From the human T2T-CHM13v2.0 reference genome, Homo sapiens: a DNA stretch of 64,000 bases. The DNA lies in the NCBI RefSeq assembly GCF_009914755.1, contig NC_060939.1; one strand, given 5' to 3'. Position numbers and translations under genes: made by a program. The notes beneath the pieces were generated by a model. It searched no databases, was not told the DNA's origin, and saw only the letters and a list, made by a program, of their open reading frames with translations. Of the stretch, positions 44,010 to 56,345 are shown piece after piece (positions within the stretch are counted from its first letter, which is position 1; every line of letters starts with the position of its first letter).

Positions 44010-44490
44010 ATGCCCTGCAGGACTACATTTCTGTTGCTTGGTTTTGGTGTACCTTTTCTTTCTTTCTTTTTTTTTTTTACTACTCAACATTCGTTTCTCT
44101 GGGTGACATCATCTCAATTTGGGTACAGGGGAATCTGCTTGTTCTATTGCATGATCTACTGGGACTGTCTACCAAGGTATCTTGCCCTTGCTATAGCCTA
44201 TGCTGAAGTCTATGATTCAGTCCTTTTCTCTGGAATTTGACAAGTGCAGAGTGACAGGAAGCCTGAAAGTGGCAACAAGAAAGAGGCAGAAACTCACTTA
44301 TCCCTGAGGAGGTTGTCCATCTTTCCCTGCACTCTGGACTTCCAATTTTGCTTTGATTCATCCTTGTTGAGACTATTCCTTTAGATTTCTTACAATGTTG
44401 TCAGCTATTCACTATCCTTCAAATAAACTTTGTTTTCTGTTTAAATTAGAGTTGGCTTTTATTAATTACAATCAAAGGTGTCTGATGGCA
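44010..44490 (+). mobile_element. Ancient MaLR LTR remnant (MLT1-like)
   Basis: 3' end ccttcaaataaactttgttttctgtttaaattagagttggcttttatt...caatcaaag is typical of old MLT1. Confidence 0.4.
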
Positions 44491-45034
44491 CTGGCCTCAA
44501 ATATCCATAGGTGGTTTTCCCACCTATGGTCAAGACCAGGGTGGGCCCTTTTGTGGCTATAAATTTGCTCTTTAGTCTTCCTAAAATTTCTTCCTTCTTC
44601 TTTCTACTAAATCTACCCTTTTCATCCTTTATGACATTTCTTTAAGCTTCAAACTTTTTCTTGAAAACTAACATGGTTTGACTTTCTCCATTAACATTCC
44701 TCCAGAATTTGTTTAGCATTTATTTGTTATTTGCCAGACCCCAAAGTTGCCTTTTCCTGCACAGAGAAGTTCGCTCAGTTTTGCATCAGGATAAGCTGCC
44801 AAATGTTCAGCCAATTAAAAATTGAGCCACAATGCATCTACTCTTGACTTTTTGGTAAAATAAACCAAAGAAAACTTACTGATTAGACCAATCGTGAATC
44901 ATTGTTATAAATGTAAATTATTCACAGGAAAATCATTACCAACGTTTCTCCCATCAAAAAGCAGGACATAAAAAATGTAGCAGAGACAGGGGTGAATCTA
45001 AGCAGATGTTTAGTGCACAGAGTTTATTTTTTGA

Positions 45035-45340
45035 TCTATACCAGCAGAATAAAGCTAGCAAATGATCTTAGTATCTCAGTGACTTAACACAACAAAGGTT
45101 ATTTGTTACTGATGCTCCATGTCTAATGTGAGTTAGCAAAGATTTTCTGTACATCATAACCTGTCAAAGACCCAAGTTGGTGGAGGTATCCTGTTGATTA
45201 ACAGTACTTCAGCTTACATTTTGTTGCAAAGTAAATAATATGGCCACACTATCATTAAATTGGGCAGGGAAATGAAATCCCTCCATGTGCCTGGAAAAGG
45301 CATACTATACATATTTGATGAATACTACTAATGAGGGACT
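45035..45340 (-). mobile_element. Ancient MaLR LTR remnant (MLT1-like)
   Basis: atctcagtgacttaacacaacaaaggttatttgttactgatgct. Confidence 0.5.
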
Positions 45341-45499
45341 ACCCTAGATGCCTTACCCCGTATTCATAGTCTTTTCTCCTCATCATGCTCAGCATTCTTC
45401 ACCTTAGAACTGCTCACCTCATTCCAGGCATTTTTTTCTAGGTCTCAGAGTTGATGTAACTAAGCTATTACTTAATCATCACCAAGATATTAACTGAAA

Positions 45500-45720
45500 A
45501 TGATAACACATTGAATGGACAGAGCCTCTATAGTTTACACAGCATTCCTCTATAAATGATCTCCTTTGACCTTCACAACCATCCAGGAACACGGGTGGGG
45601 CAGAGTGTATTAATTCCATTTTATATAGATGACTAAACTGGAGCAGAAGGAAACAATGTGCCTGACCCAAATTCACACTGATAGAGCTGGGAATAAAACA
45701 ACGTATCTTTCCACACTAAA
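45500..45720 (-). mobile_element. MIR (antisense)
   Basis: ccttcacaaccatcc...tattaattccattttatatagatgactaaactggagcaga. Confidence 0.7.
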
Positions 45721-48700
45721 CCTGTTGCTGTGTTTCTGTGTGTATTTTGCCACACTGCACTTACACAGTTAACAAAGAAGACATGTGGCCGCTATTCATT
45801 TTATCGTCTTATAAAAGTGGAAGCAAAGAAGATAGAAATTCCCTCCAGAACTAAAGAAATGAAGCTGTAATGATAACCAGGACAGCCCCTCTAGCATATT
45901 ATGACTAGTGGAGGGAGGTCTTGTCCCTGTCCTTGTACATATCACAGGGGTGGCTGCCTGCTTTTCCACCTCCTTCCATGAGTACTCTGAGTAGGGGAAC
46001 ACCGGTGTATGAGTGTGAGTCTCATTGTTAATTGACTAAATATATGAGAGAGGGCCATGTAGGTGAGAACTGTTTTAAAGGAAAGCAAGTAATTACTCTG
46101 ATGTTACTAGAAAAATGAGTGGCTAAACTAACTCCTATGCCTGGTAACAGTTTCTACCTTTTACATCCAAAGAATGTCAAGGCATACATTTTTAACAACT
46201 ACTTTTCAGGTTAGAAATCTGACTGAATGTAGGTCAGTTTAATTCTGGAGTCACTAGGAGATAGTTTGTTGTAAAAAATTATGGTAATTTTCTGTCCTGG
46301 AATTTCCTGTTTCAGACAGGTGTCAGTGTATCTCAATTTCTGAATTTGAACATGGAGTCTCTGTCACCAGGGGAAAGGGAAACAGTGTGTCTGTGGCCCA
46401 GGACTTGGTTGCTTTATGTCATTCACTTTCCTTGTCAACCTCTCAAAGGCATGAATTGTATGAACACATTGCGGATAGTACAGAAACTTCAAGGTGACAG
46501 GGAAAGAACAGTTGCTGTATAATTGAAAATTTCACTAAAAAAGCCTATAAGACAGATAAAAATGTGAAATCGTCTAGCAACATTTGCCCCTGAATATCAA
46601 TCACTGTCAATCACTAATAAACTTTTCCAATAACTCAGGATCATTTTGATTATTTTCCTGGGAGGGGCTGTGGGTCTCTCAGGCATGCAGCACACCTGCA
46701 GGCAGGCCTCTTCTGGTGTTTGCCTACAGGAAAGTCATTAAAAGGCAGTGCAATATAGGGCAGCTCCCCCAGCAGCAGCGATTAACCTTCAGGAACCTGG
46801 CAGGCATAGGTGTATTTTAGAACCGCAGAAACCATTAACCTTCTCATTATTTAAAGGAGTGAATAGTAGGAGAAAAAACTAAGATCTTCTTCTCTATCTC
46901 TCGCTTCACTTCTTCATCTCTCCCCTGTGCCATTCCCTCCTGTTTCGTTCATCCTATGGCTGTCTTTGAGATGTGGGGACTGCCCTACTCACACTGCAAA
47001 CACTGTTGGGGGATGGCGGCAGGTGTAACTTGCTGCCACCTTAATGCCATGGGAGGGGACTGGCACGTGGTTAAGAGAGGTCTTTTCTGCTCTGGTTCCA
47101 CCCTGAGGAGTCCAGTCTAGGAGGAGTTGGTGCTGGTCCTAATGCCTCCTGGCCTGGTTCCATGTGGTAGCAGGTGCCACTGATGCTTGTGACACATACA
47201 GTGCCCCTGCAGGTGCCTTATGAGTGCTCATCCATCTCCTTGCCATCCTTGTCTCCCTGGCTCTCTGGAAAAGAAAGAAGCCCACCCTCTCTGCAGGGGA
47301 GAGCAAACAGCAAGTTGGCTCATCCGTCATTGCTTATGTCACGTCCAAGTTGTGGATGAATGTTCAGAGACTGACACAGCCTTGGTCAGAACTGACATAA
47401 CAATAGTTCTTTTCCCTGTTAGCTAGGAATTTCTGATTGGGAACAAAATAATATCTACATCATTAAAAATGTTAACACTCCAGAAATAGCATCATATTTT
47501 AAATATCTGTTCTTCTGATGTCTATTAGCTGAGATAACTTACATTTGAATCTTAATGTACAAAAAAGTATCTTTGGGGCTTAATTTCACTTTCAATTAAT
47601 GATGTTTCCTTCTAGAAAAGCAGTAGTGAACATAAAAACATGGGGCAATTGTTCTTGAATCTCTTTTACCAAATTCCATTGAGGTATATCATTTAAGATG
47701 GAGAGAAAAAATCCAAAATGGTTTAAAAAACTAGGTGCTGTTATTGTAGTTATAAAATAATCCCTAGGTTGTTAGGCAACAATATGAAAATCAAAACTGG
47801 CAACATGTTTGTGACTGTCACAAGAAGACACCTATGAAATTATTCTAAGGAGACAAGTGATTCAGGATGTGATGTGGGTTCTGGCAAAGGGAAGAGATGC
47901 CAGGATTGCCCCAGCCTCTGAGGAAGCCTCTTTAATTTAAATGTGCATGCTGAGATGCAGCTGTGCTGATGAATGCATATTTATTGGACCTGGATAGGAG
48001 GCAAATGCGTAACTAATTAAACTATCCTGGCATCAACTACTCTGGCCAAAAACCCCTTTTTAAAAAGCGTCACTGTTTAAAATGCATTCTGAAAGCAAAA
48101 AGTTACCACTCAGAACTGGTTTGCAAATAACATCTCTGAAGGAATGCGATGGTAATTTTACTTAGTTTAGAAAAATAATGTTTAGAAGTGCGTTTAATTT
48201 AGAGGTGACTTTATGAAAGTTTTTGCCCTCTAGCTGAGACTATTTTCTTATTTTAAGAGATAAAAAGGACAAACTGTCTAGAAAAATTATAGAATGGCAT
48301 GTTAGAGCTCGTCTAGTCCACTTGTTCCATTTGCAGCTATGGCAATGGAGCACAGAGAAATGCCTAGGATATGAACTAAGTGAGCTTCTCTGTTTCCCAA
48401 CTTTCATTGCATTATACTAGCCAAAGAAGAACTTTATAATGCTGATCTTTAAAAAAAAAAAAAACAACTGTTTAACAAAAAAGTTCTTGAAATTTGTTTC
48501 TTTACAAAATCTGGACAAGCTGTAAGTGGCCCTGGCCAAGAAGGACACAAATGGATGAGGCTGGACAGCAGTGGGATGCTGGAGCCCTGTTATTGCCTAT
48601 ACTTTGCAACATGCTAAGTGGTTCAACCTAGGCATTTATTTCATCTGTATTACTCACACTTTGGATTTTTCATTATCTAATGATGAAGTATGCATTTATA

Positions 48701-49319
48701 TATCGAGGTTGAGGAGGAAATTCAAGTTTTGGGGGTTTCTGAGGCAGAACAATAAATAACTCTTCTCTTTCATGCCCAGATTCCAAAGTAATCAAGAAAT
48801 ACATCAGCAGTGAGCTAATGGAGTCCTGAAAGATCATCTTTACTACTGATAAAATGCAAACAATATATTCCTGAGTACTTTATTTGAATGGGCTGGCGGA
48901 GCTGACTCCCAGGACCCAGTGGGCTTAGTCATTAGTCACAAGCAACTGTGACTTGTGGTGAATGGGCCTATGGCAGGCCGGCCTGCTCCCTAGAAGTAAG
49001 AGGAGAGGCAGAGTCCCATCAAATTTTCTAATGTGAAAAGTAACTTCATTTGCTCCTTATGCCTTCAGCCCTGCTGGTGAAATGAAAGGCTCTGTAGGCT
49101 GAGGAAACTATCTGCCTCTGGGTAAGGGTGGAAAGAGGAAGCATTAAGACTCTAATTAGAAAAGTGATACATGGTGAAAAAAAGAATTAACATCCAGATT
49201 CTGATATTCAAGTAAGGATTTTTGCAGTCATGACAAATAAACTTGAACTAGGTGAGAAGAAGAGAGCGAGAAAGAGAGCGAAAGAATTTTCCTTTGTTAG
49301 CATGGCAAGAGCCAATCCT

Positions 49320-49455
49320 AGCACATTCATTTACCCACAAATATTTATTGCATGCCAGCTATGCATTAGAGACTGTTGTAGGCACTGGGAATATAGCAGT
49401 GAGTAAAATCTACTGGTAAAATTCTGCCTTTGCTGAATTCATATTCTAGTTGAGA
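49320..49455 (-). mobile_element. L2 3' end (antisense)
   Basis: cattcatttacccacaaatatttattgcatgccagctatgc...ctgttgtaggcactgggaatatagcagtga. Confidence 0.75.
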
Positions 49456-50075
49456 TGGTTGAGATCCAGTGGGCCTACCGTGCTGTCTGCTGTGGTGAAG
49501 TAAACCAAAGCAGCGGTTAAGTGCGGGACACCTGTGTCAAGTCAACATTAAGGGTCAAGGTGAATCGGGGTCACCTCCAGGCCACAGTCAAGTGGGAATG
49601 AGCCATACATTAACTCATCAATGAGCCATACACCAGCTACTGACTTCAGACCTAAATGCCTTCAGAGAAAGTAGCAACCAGGTGAGAAGGAGACATGATA
49701 GCAGAGATCAGAGAAGCTAGAGTCACTGTCAGGTCTGAGGGCTCCTTCCATCCCCTGCCACAAAGACCTGATAAGCCCCTGCCTCCAACATACACCCAAA
49801 TATCATTTTGATAAGAGAAGGGAAAGGGTATCAAAATCTGCAAGTGGCTAAATTTCCAAAAGAGAATACTTAAGACAATCCTGATGGAGAGTGAATTATC
49901 AGTGAGCTGAATGTTTAAACTAAAATATTTTTATTTGGATTAAGTTTACTTCCTTTTCCATGATATCTACTGGTATGAAGATCATGAGGACAGATAAAAC
50001 TTCTATAAAAAATAAAAACTGCATCTTCTCTGCCAGAGTGGGGTGTGGCATGTGCTGTTATGTAAATGATGTCAC

Positions 50076-50760
<685 letters not shown>

Positions 50761-51171
50761 GTCATATAATCATAACTTATTTGAATGACTCACTGCTAAC
50801 TTTCATTCCCAGATATGTTTTGAGATAAAAGAGAGCCATTTTCCTTCCTCTCTCTGAAGTTAGTTCTTAGTAAACTCCATCTACCAGAGAGGGGTGAATT
50901 GTCAATGATTCACTGTGTATACTCACAATGTATACTCTATCCTAAAGGCACCAGGAACGGTAGTATAGACGTGGCGACAGGAAATAGGACTACACATTGT
51001 TTAAGGTAATGAAATTTGGGCTTCTTTCTAGGGAAGTGAAGAAGTCACTCAATGGAAGAGAAATGAAGTTTCTCAGTTCGTACTGGGGCTGGACCCAGGA
51101 CTGCCATACATTTATGTTTGTTTTATTTGGTCCAATTGGCCTCTTTAATATTCTTATGATGTCTTCACCTC

Positions 51172-51278
51172 TTTCCCTTCCTATTCTGAGTCCACAGCCA
51201 ATTTTATCACTCAAACTGCTTTTCCCTTCCTATTCTGACTGAGTCCACAGCCAATTTTATCGCTCAAACTGCTTTTCC
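51172..51278. repeat. ~49-53 bp tandem duplication (2 copies)
   Basis: tttcccttcctattctga(ctga)gtccacagccaattttatc(a/g)ctcaaactgct repeated twice. Confidence 0.92.
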
Positions 51279-51451
51279 AAATGTCAGCAAAGACCTTCAA
51301 ATCTTGAGTCCATTGGCCCCTTCCAACAACTCATCTATCACCTTCACATTGCATTCTTGTTTATGGGGCTCACTGCTGAGACTGTTTCTTCCAGACTCTG
51401 AGAATGCAATGCTGGCTCTTCCTATCTTTTTAAAAATTCCCTATTGGTCTC

Positions 51452-51839
51452 TGTTATGGGCTGAATTGTGTTGCCCCCACAAAATCATATATTGAAGTCC
51501 TAACCCACAGTACTTCAGAATGTGATTACATTTGGAGATCAGGTCTTTAAAGAGGAATTCAATTAAAATGAGGTTATCAGAGTGGGCCCTAATGCAATAT
51601 TGCTGGTGTCATTATAAGAAGGGGAAATTAGGGCATAGACATGTAGAGAAGGAAGACCACATGAAGACACAGGGAGAAGACAGCCATCTACATGCCAAGG
51701 ACAGAGGCCTCAGAAGAAACTGTCTCTGCTGACACCTTGATCTCCGACTTGCAGCCTCCAGAACTGTGAGAAATAGATTTTTATTATAATCTACCCAGTC
51801 TGCGGTACTTCATTACGGCAATCCTAACAAACCAACACA
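51452..51839 (+). mobile_element. MLT1B/C-type MaLR solo LTR
   Basis: tgttatgggctgaattgtg...atattgaagtcctaaccc...cagcctccagaactgtgaga...aaccaacaca; TSD gtctc/gactc. Confidence 0.9.
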
Positions 51840-51975
51840 GACTCCTTTATTTCACCTTCTCTGCTTATTCCCTAAAAGTGGACATTTCCCAACCTCAGTC
51901 TTCATGCTTAGCTTTGCTAGTCTCATGTACCTTCGTATGTCCAATTATCATCTCCATTAAACCAATCTTCAAATT

Positions 51976-52059
51976 TAACAGGTTGAACCATATGAAATGG
52001 CCATCTTTGTAGGTTAAAAGTGGTTGACTCTTGGCAGTTTCATATGGTTCAACCTAATA
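51976..52059. mobile_element. MADE2 mariner-derived MITE (~80 bp, palindromic)
   Basis: Perfect 18-bp TIR aggttgaaccatatgaaa (51980-51997) / tttcatatggttcaacct (52038-52055); TA-rich flanks. Confidence 0.88.
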
Positions 52060-52354
52060 TGCCTCTACTCTAAACATTCTTTGATGCTCTATACGTGCAT
52101 GTCCCCCTGCCTTTTACAAATATCCTTAAGATTACACCATTGGTTTCTTCCAAATATCACATCCAAAATAGAACTCACCAACTTCTTAAGAAAGCTCTAG
52201 GCTTAAAGCATCGGCTGTACTTTGGGTCATCCTTTTCTCTCACTGTCTTATACCCTGGTCGCCACTTGTGTGCTGTTGCCTGCCTTCCACATCCACTTCC
52301 ATAGTACAAGCCCTTTTGGGGAAACTGCTGGGGAGCCTCCTAGTACTTTTAATT

Positions 52355-52513
52355 TAAATGTGGTTTCTGAACCTGCAGCATTCCCACTGCCTTTAAGCTT
52401 GTTGGAAATAAAGACTCAGTCCCCACCTGGACTTACTTATTCAATCAGAACATGAGTTTCTAAAAAGATCCCCAGGTGATTCTAATACACATTAAAGTTT
52501 AAGAACTGCCTTA
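52355..52513. mobile_element. MER5A-like hAT DNA transposon
   Basis: aaagatccccaggtgattctaatacacattaaagtttaagaactgcc. Confidence 0.7.
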
Positions 52514-53186
52514 GAATATGACGGTGGCCACAGGAATTTTAACTTTCCAGAAAGATCATGTCAATGTATTTTCTCATTGGCAGCAGGAGAGTATAAGAAA
52601 ACCCAAATCACCATAATTTCACCAGTACAGAGTAACACCCGTGATTTTTAAATGCTGCATTTTTGATAGGTGAAAAATTATATTTTGATAATGTTGATAT
52701 TTATTCCTCTTTAATGACTGGTAAAGGTCTATATTCATATTTGTCCATGAACTCTCTGTTCATAGCTTTTGGTAGTAGTTGTTTTTCTAATTGAATTATT
52801 TGGGACTTTTCTGAATTTTATTATTATACTTACCTTTGTTATTGCAATGTGGACAACTCTCAGGACGTTGTGTTAGTTAACCTGCTGAATGTGAATCGAA
52901 GATTCTCAATATTCCTGACAGTCATGTCTTTACACTATGCATAGTTTGAGGAGTAAATTGTTTTCTTCCCAGGTGGTTATAGCCGGCTATGCAAGTCACA
53001 AATTTTTGCTTAATTCATGAGCCCAATTTGAGGAAATTAATGGATAATGATGATTTTACAGTGAGTGCTGTAGTGCTTGCTCTACAGTAGAAACACAGGG
53101 GATGATTCTGAACTGAGTTGCAGAGCAGAAAATACAATAAAGCATGGCGCCATTCGGCAGCCTCCTCTCTAAACCTAGTAGCTGTA

Positions 53187-53196
53187 ACACGCGCGC

Positions 53197-53246
<50 letters not shown>

Positions 53247-53251
53247 ACACG
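53187..53251. repeat. (CG)n(CA)n alternating purine-pyrimidine tract (Z-DNA prone)
   Basis: acacgcgcgcgcgtgcgcgcgcgc(ac)n: 65 bp of unbroken alternation. Confidence 0.95.
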
Positions 53252-55725
53252 AAGAGTGATTCTGGGGAGCCAAGATAGATACTGACACACTGATCACTAA
53301 AAAACTCATGCTCCTTCTTATCATTCAGAATGATTAGTCTGCTGGTTGTGGCGATCTGGGCAACCTGGGAGGTGGCTTGACAAGGTTACTTAGGTCAGAG
53401 CAGGATAACAAGCAGCAGAAGAAAGAGCTATACACTATTTGAAAATAAATAAACAGCCCTGATCATGCTGCAGCTTCACTTTGCAGTTGAGTAAGCTGTA
53501 CCTGTCTTCCTTGTTTCTCTTTGTTTATGAGGATTTCTAAGTCCCTGCTGGTTGATGGTGTAATTTGCTTAGCCAGACAAGCAGGTACTGTACACAATAA
53601 GTTCTTCTAAATAAAAGGGGTGATTAATCAAGGAAAATCAAACTGTGAGCCCTAGTACCACTCCTTCCTGGCTGGTCCCAGACTCCCAGCTTGTTTATTT
53701 AGTGTCACCCATAGTCTGTCATGGCTGACCTAAAACTATCAGGAACAGCCACAATGGCAGCCAAGCATAAACAAAAACCTGAACCGAAGGTGCAGAGGGA
53801 CTGCCATTCCACAGATAAGATCTATTGCTGTAATAGCCCTTGATTATGAAGACCAAAGGAGAAAAAACACCAAATATACAGACACTTTTCTGTTTATTTA
53901 TACATGAAGAAGGAGGGGGAAGCAAATCATTTACAAAGAGGAGGGGAAAAAAAGGAATAAGGTTTCATTACATGTCAGTGTTTCTCAGTTTATAAAACAA
54001 GATTCTGTGATAAGCAGGGGGTTGCTTCTGGTCTCCTTTGTTTGTGTATTGACATTTTGCAATGCTTTAAAAAAAAAATCACATGCTGGGGCCAGAGATA
54101 GCAGAGAAAAAGAGGAATTGAGCCGGGAAAACCTACTAGACTGTTACCTGGAAAAAGCATGCTTTTTTTCTTCCATATAACTATTCCAACAGAGCACTAG
54201 GTTAGGTCAAAAATGAGTAGGCTGTTAGGTGATCTTTCACATTAAATGATGTGTTATGAGATTACGCTTTTCAGGGGAACAGGATCCCTTCTTATTGCAG
54301 ATGTGCGTGATGCATTTTTAACATGCAAGGAGCAATTTTTGGCGAAATTGTCACTTCTCTGTTGGCCATGATATTCTTTCTGTGGTTATACCTTCTGACG
54401 TTTTTCATCAGATTATTTAATTTTATAAAGTTTAGGAGTTACTTGGAAAGAAAGTTAGCTGGAGATGTCTACTGCCAGAATGTGACGAATGTAGGCACCA
54501 GCTTCAGAGCCAATCTGGTCACTGCCTCAAGATAGAACGTGAAAAGATTACTTTTGCCCTTAAAGAGGCCCACAAGTTCTGGGAAGCAATGGAAATGGAT
54601 CTCTTCATTGTTGTTTGTAGGTGCTGTGCTGCTGTTGTTCATGTCGAAGGGGTCAAATTTATCCATTTAATGGAGAAGTGTGCTTGTCCTACTAGCATTC
54701 CAATTTATAAGATGTGTAAGAGGAAGGGCAAGATGCTTCCAATAGGATATTGGTATTGAGGAATACTGCTTTATTGTTCTCTATTGGTCAATTACTGGGA
54801 CAAATGGCTGCAAGAAGCTCTCTCCAATCTATTTTTTGCAGCCCATGCAGCATTACATTTCACTCCAAAGAGTAAAGCTCTAATGCTTTATCACATTCCA
54901 GTGCTCGAAAGGGAAATTGATAGTAAGGTACTCAACACTAAATGCATCCATTTTGGTATACTGACATTGCCTGGGACTACAGATAAATTTCAACAAATCA
55001 CACGCCTACTCTAAGGAATTGGGATCTCATTCTCTGAGGCAGTCTTGGAGATAGAAGGCTCTGACTAGAGAAGGCACAAAATGAGTATTGGCATTATCAA
55101 GACACTGTACTGAAAAGGTGCAATGTTCTAGCAGCTACTGGAAAAATCCCAACAGCGTTCACTTGCATCATTGGTTGAAAATTCATTTTCTTTTTTCTCT
55201 TGAATATTTTGTGGTACAGAAAATTTTGGGGAAAGGCTGGCGTTAGAACTAACACAAGGGACACAAATAGGTCACACAAATGTCATGGCTACTGGGACTC
55301 AGCTGAGTGGTTAGCACTAAACTAGTATCAAAATTTGTATGGATACTTCAGTTCATTTCCACAAGCTGTTCTAAGTTCCTACTTCTACTTTAGCTGTCTT
55401 CTGGTGATTACAGATTCAAAGCCCCAAAAATGTTTCCAAAGTAAAATACTATTTTTTTCTGTGCCTACTTGAAGCCCAGTGTGGCATTCTCTTTCTCTGG
55501 ATTCCTCCCAGTGCTTTAAAATGTGGCTCCCACTTTTCCCTGGAAGTATTATTTATGCATGGTGAATATCTGTGAGGGGATGCTTCTATATGCACAGATT
55601 ATTCATTGCATTCAGGCCATTTTTTGATAAAATATGATGCACAGAATCAAGTTATCTATTATCATGTGCATTGGTGATGTTCTATCCAAATTTTCCTTGT
55701 CTGAAAAAACTTTATTCTCATATGA

Positions 55726-56345
55726 TTTTTAAGTTGAGATATAATTCACAGACCATAAAATTCCCGCTTTAGAAATGTACAGTTCAGTTGTTTTTAGGAT
55801 ATTCACACAGGTATGTAACCATTATCACTACCGAATTCTAAAACATATTCATTATCTCTCTAAAAAACGCTATACCCATTAACAGTCAATCCCTATTGTC
55901 CCCTCTTCCCAGCCCCTGGCAAACACTAGTCTATTTCCTGTCTCTATGGATTTGCCTATTCTGGACAATTCATGTAAATGGAATCATAGTAAATGTGGCC
56001 TTTTGTGTCCAGCTTCTTTCGTTTAACATAACATTTTAAAGGTTCATCCATGCTGTAGCATGTATCAGTATTTCATTCTTTTTATGGCTAAATAATATTC
56101 CATTGTATGGGTACATCACACTGGATTTATTCATTCGTCAGTTGATGGACATTTGGGTTTTTCCCACTTTTCGGCTACTGTGAATAATACTGCTATGAAC
56201 ATTCATGTACAAGTGTTTGTTTGAATGCCAGTTATCAATTCTCTTGGGTATGTACCTTGAAGTTTAATTACACCTAGAAGTATAATCATGTGGTAACTCT
56301 ATGTTTAACTTTTTGAGGAGCTTTCACGCTGCATTACACAGCAGC
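55726..56345 (-). mobile_element. L1MB 3' fragment
   Basis: ttgagatataattcacagaccataaaattc...ctctatggatttgcctattctggac...gttgatggacatttggg. Confidence 0.9.

Noticed and set aside
53015-53290. ORFs with VCVC/ARAR runs
   Set aside because: Translation of the (CG)n(CA)n repeat
54589-54715. Assigning the candidate exon to a named gene isoform
   Set aside because: I could not match the peptide or locus to any gene with confidence, so no symbol is given
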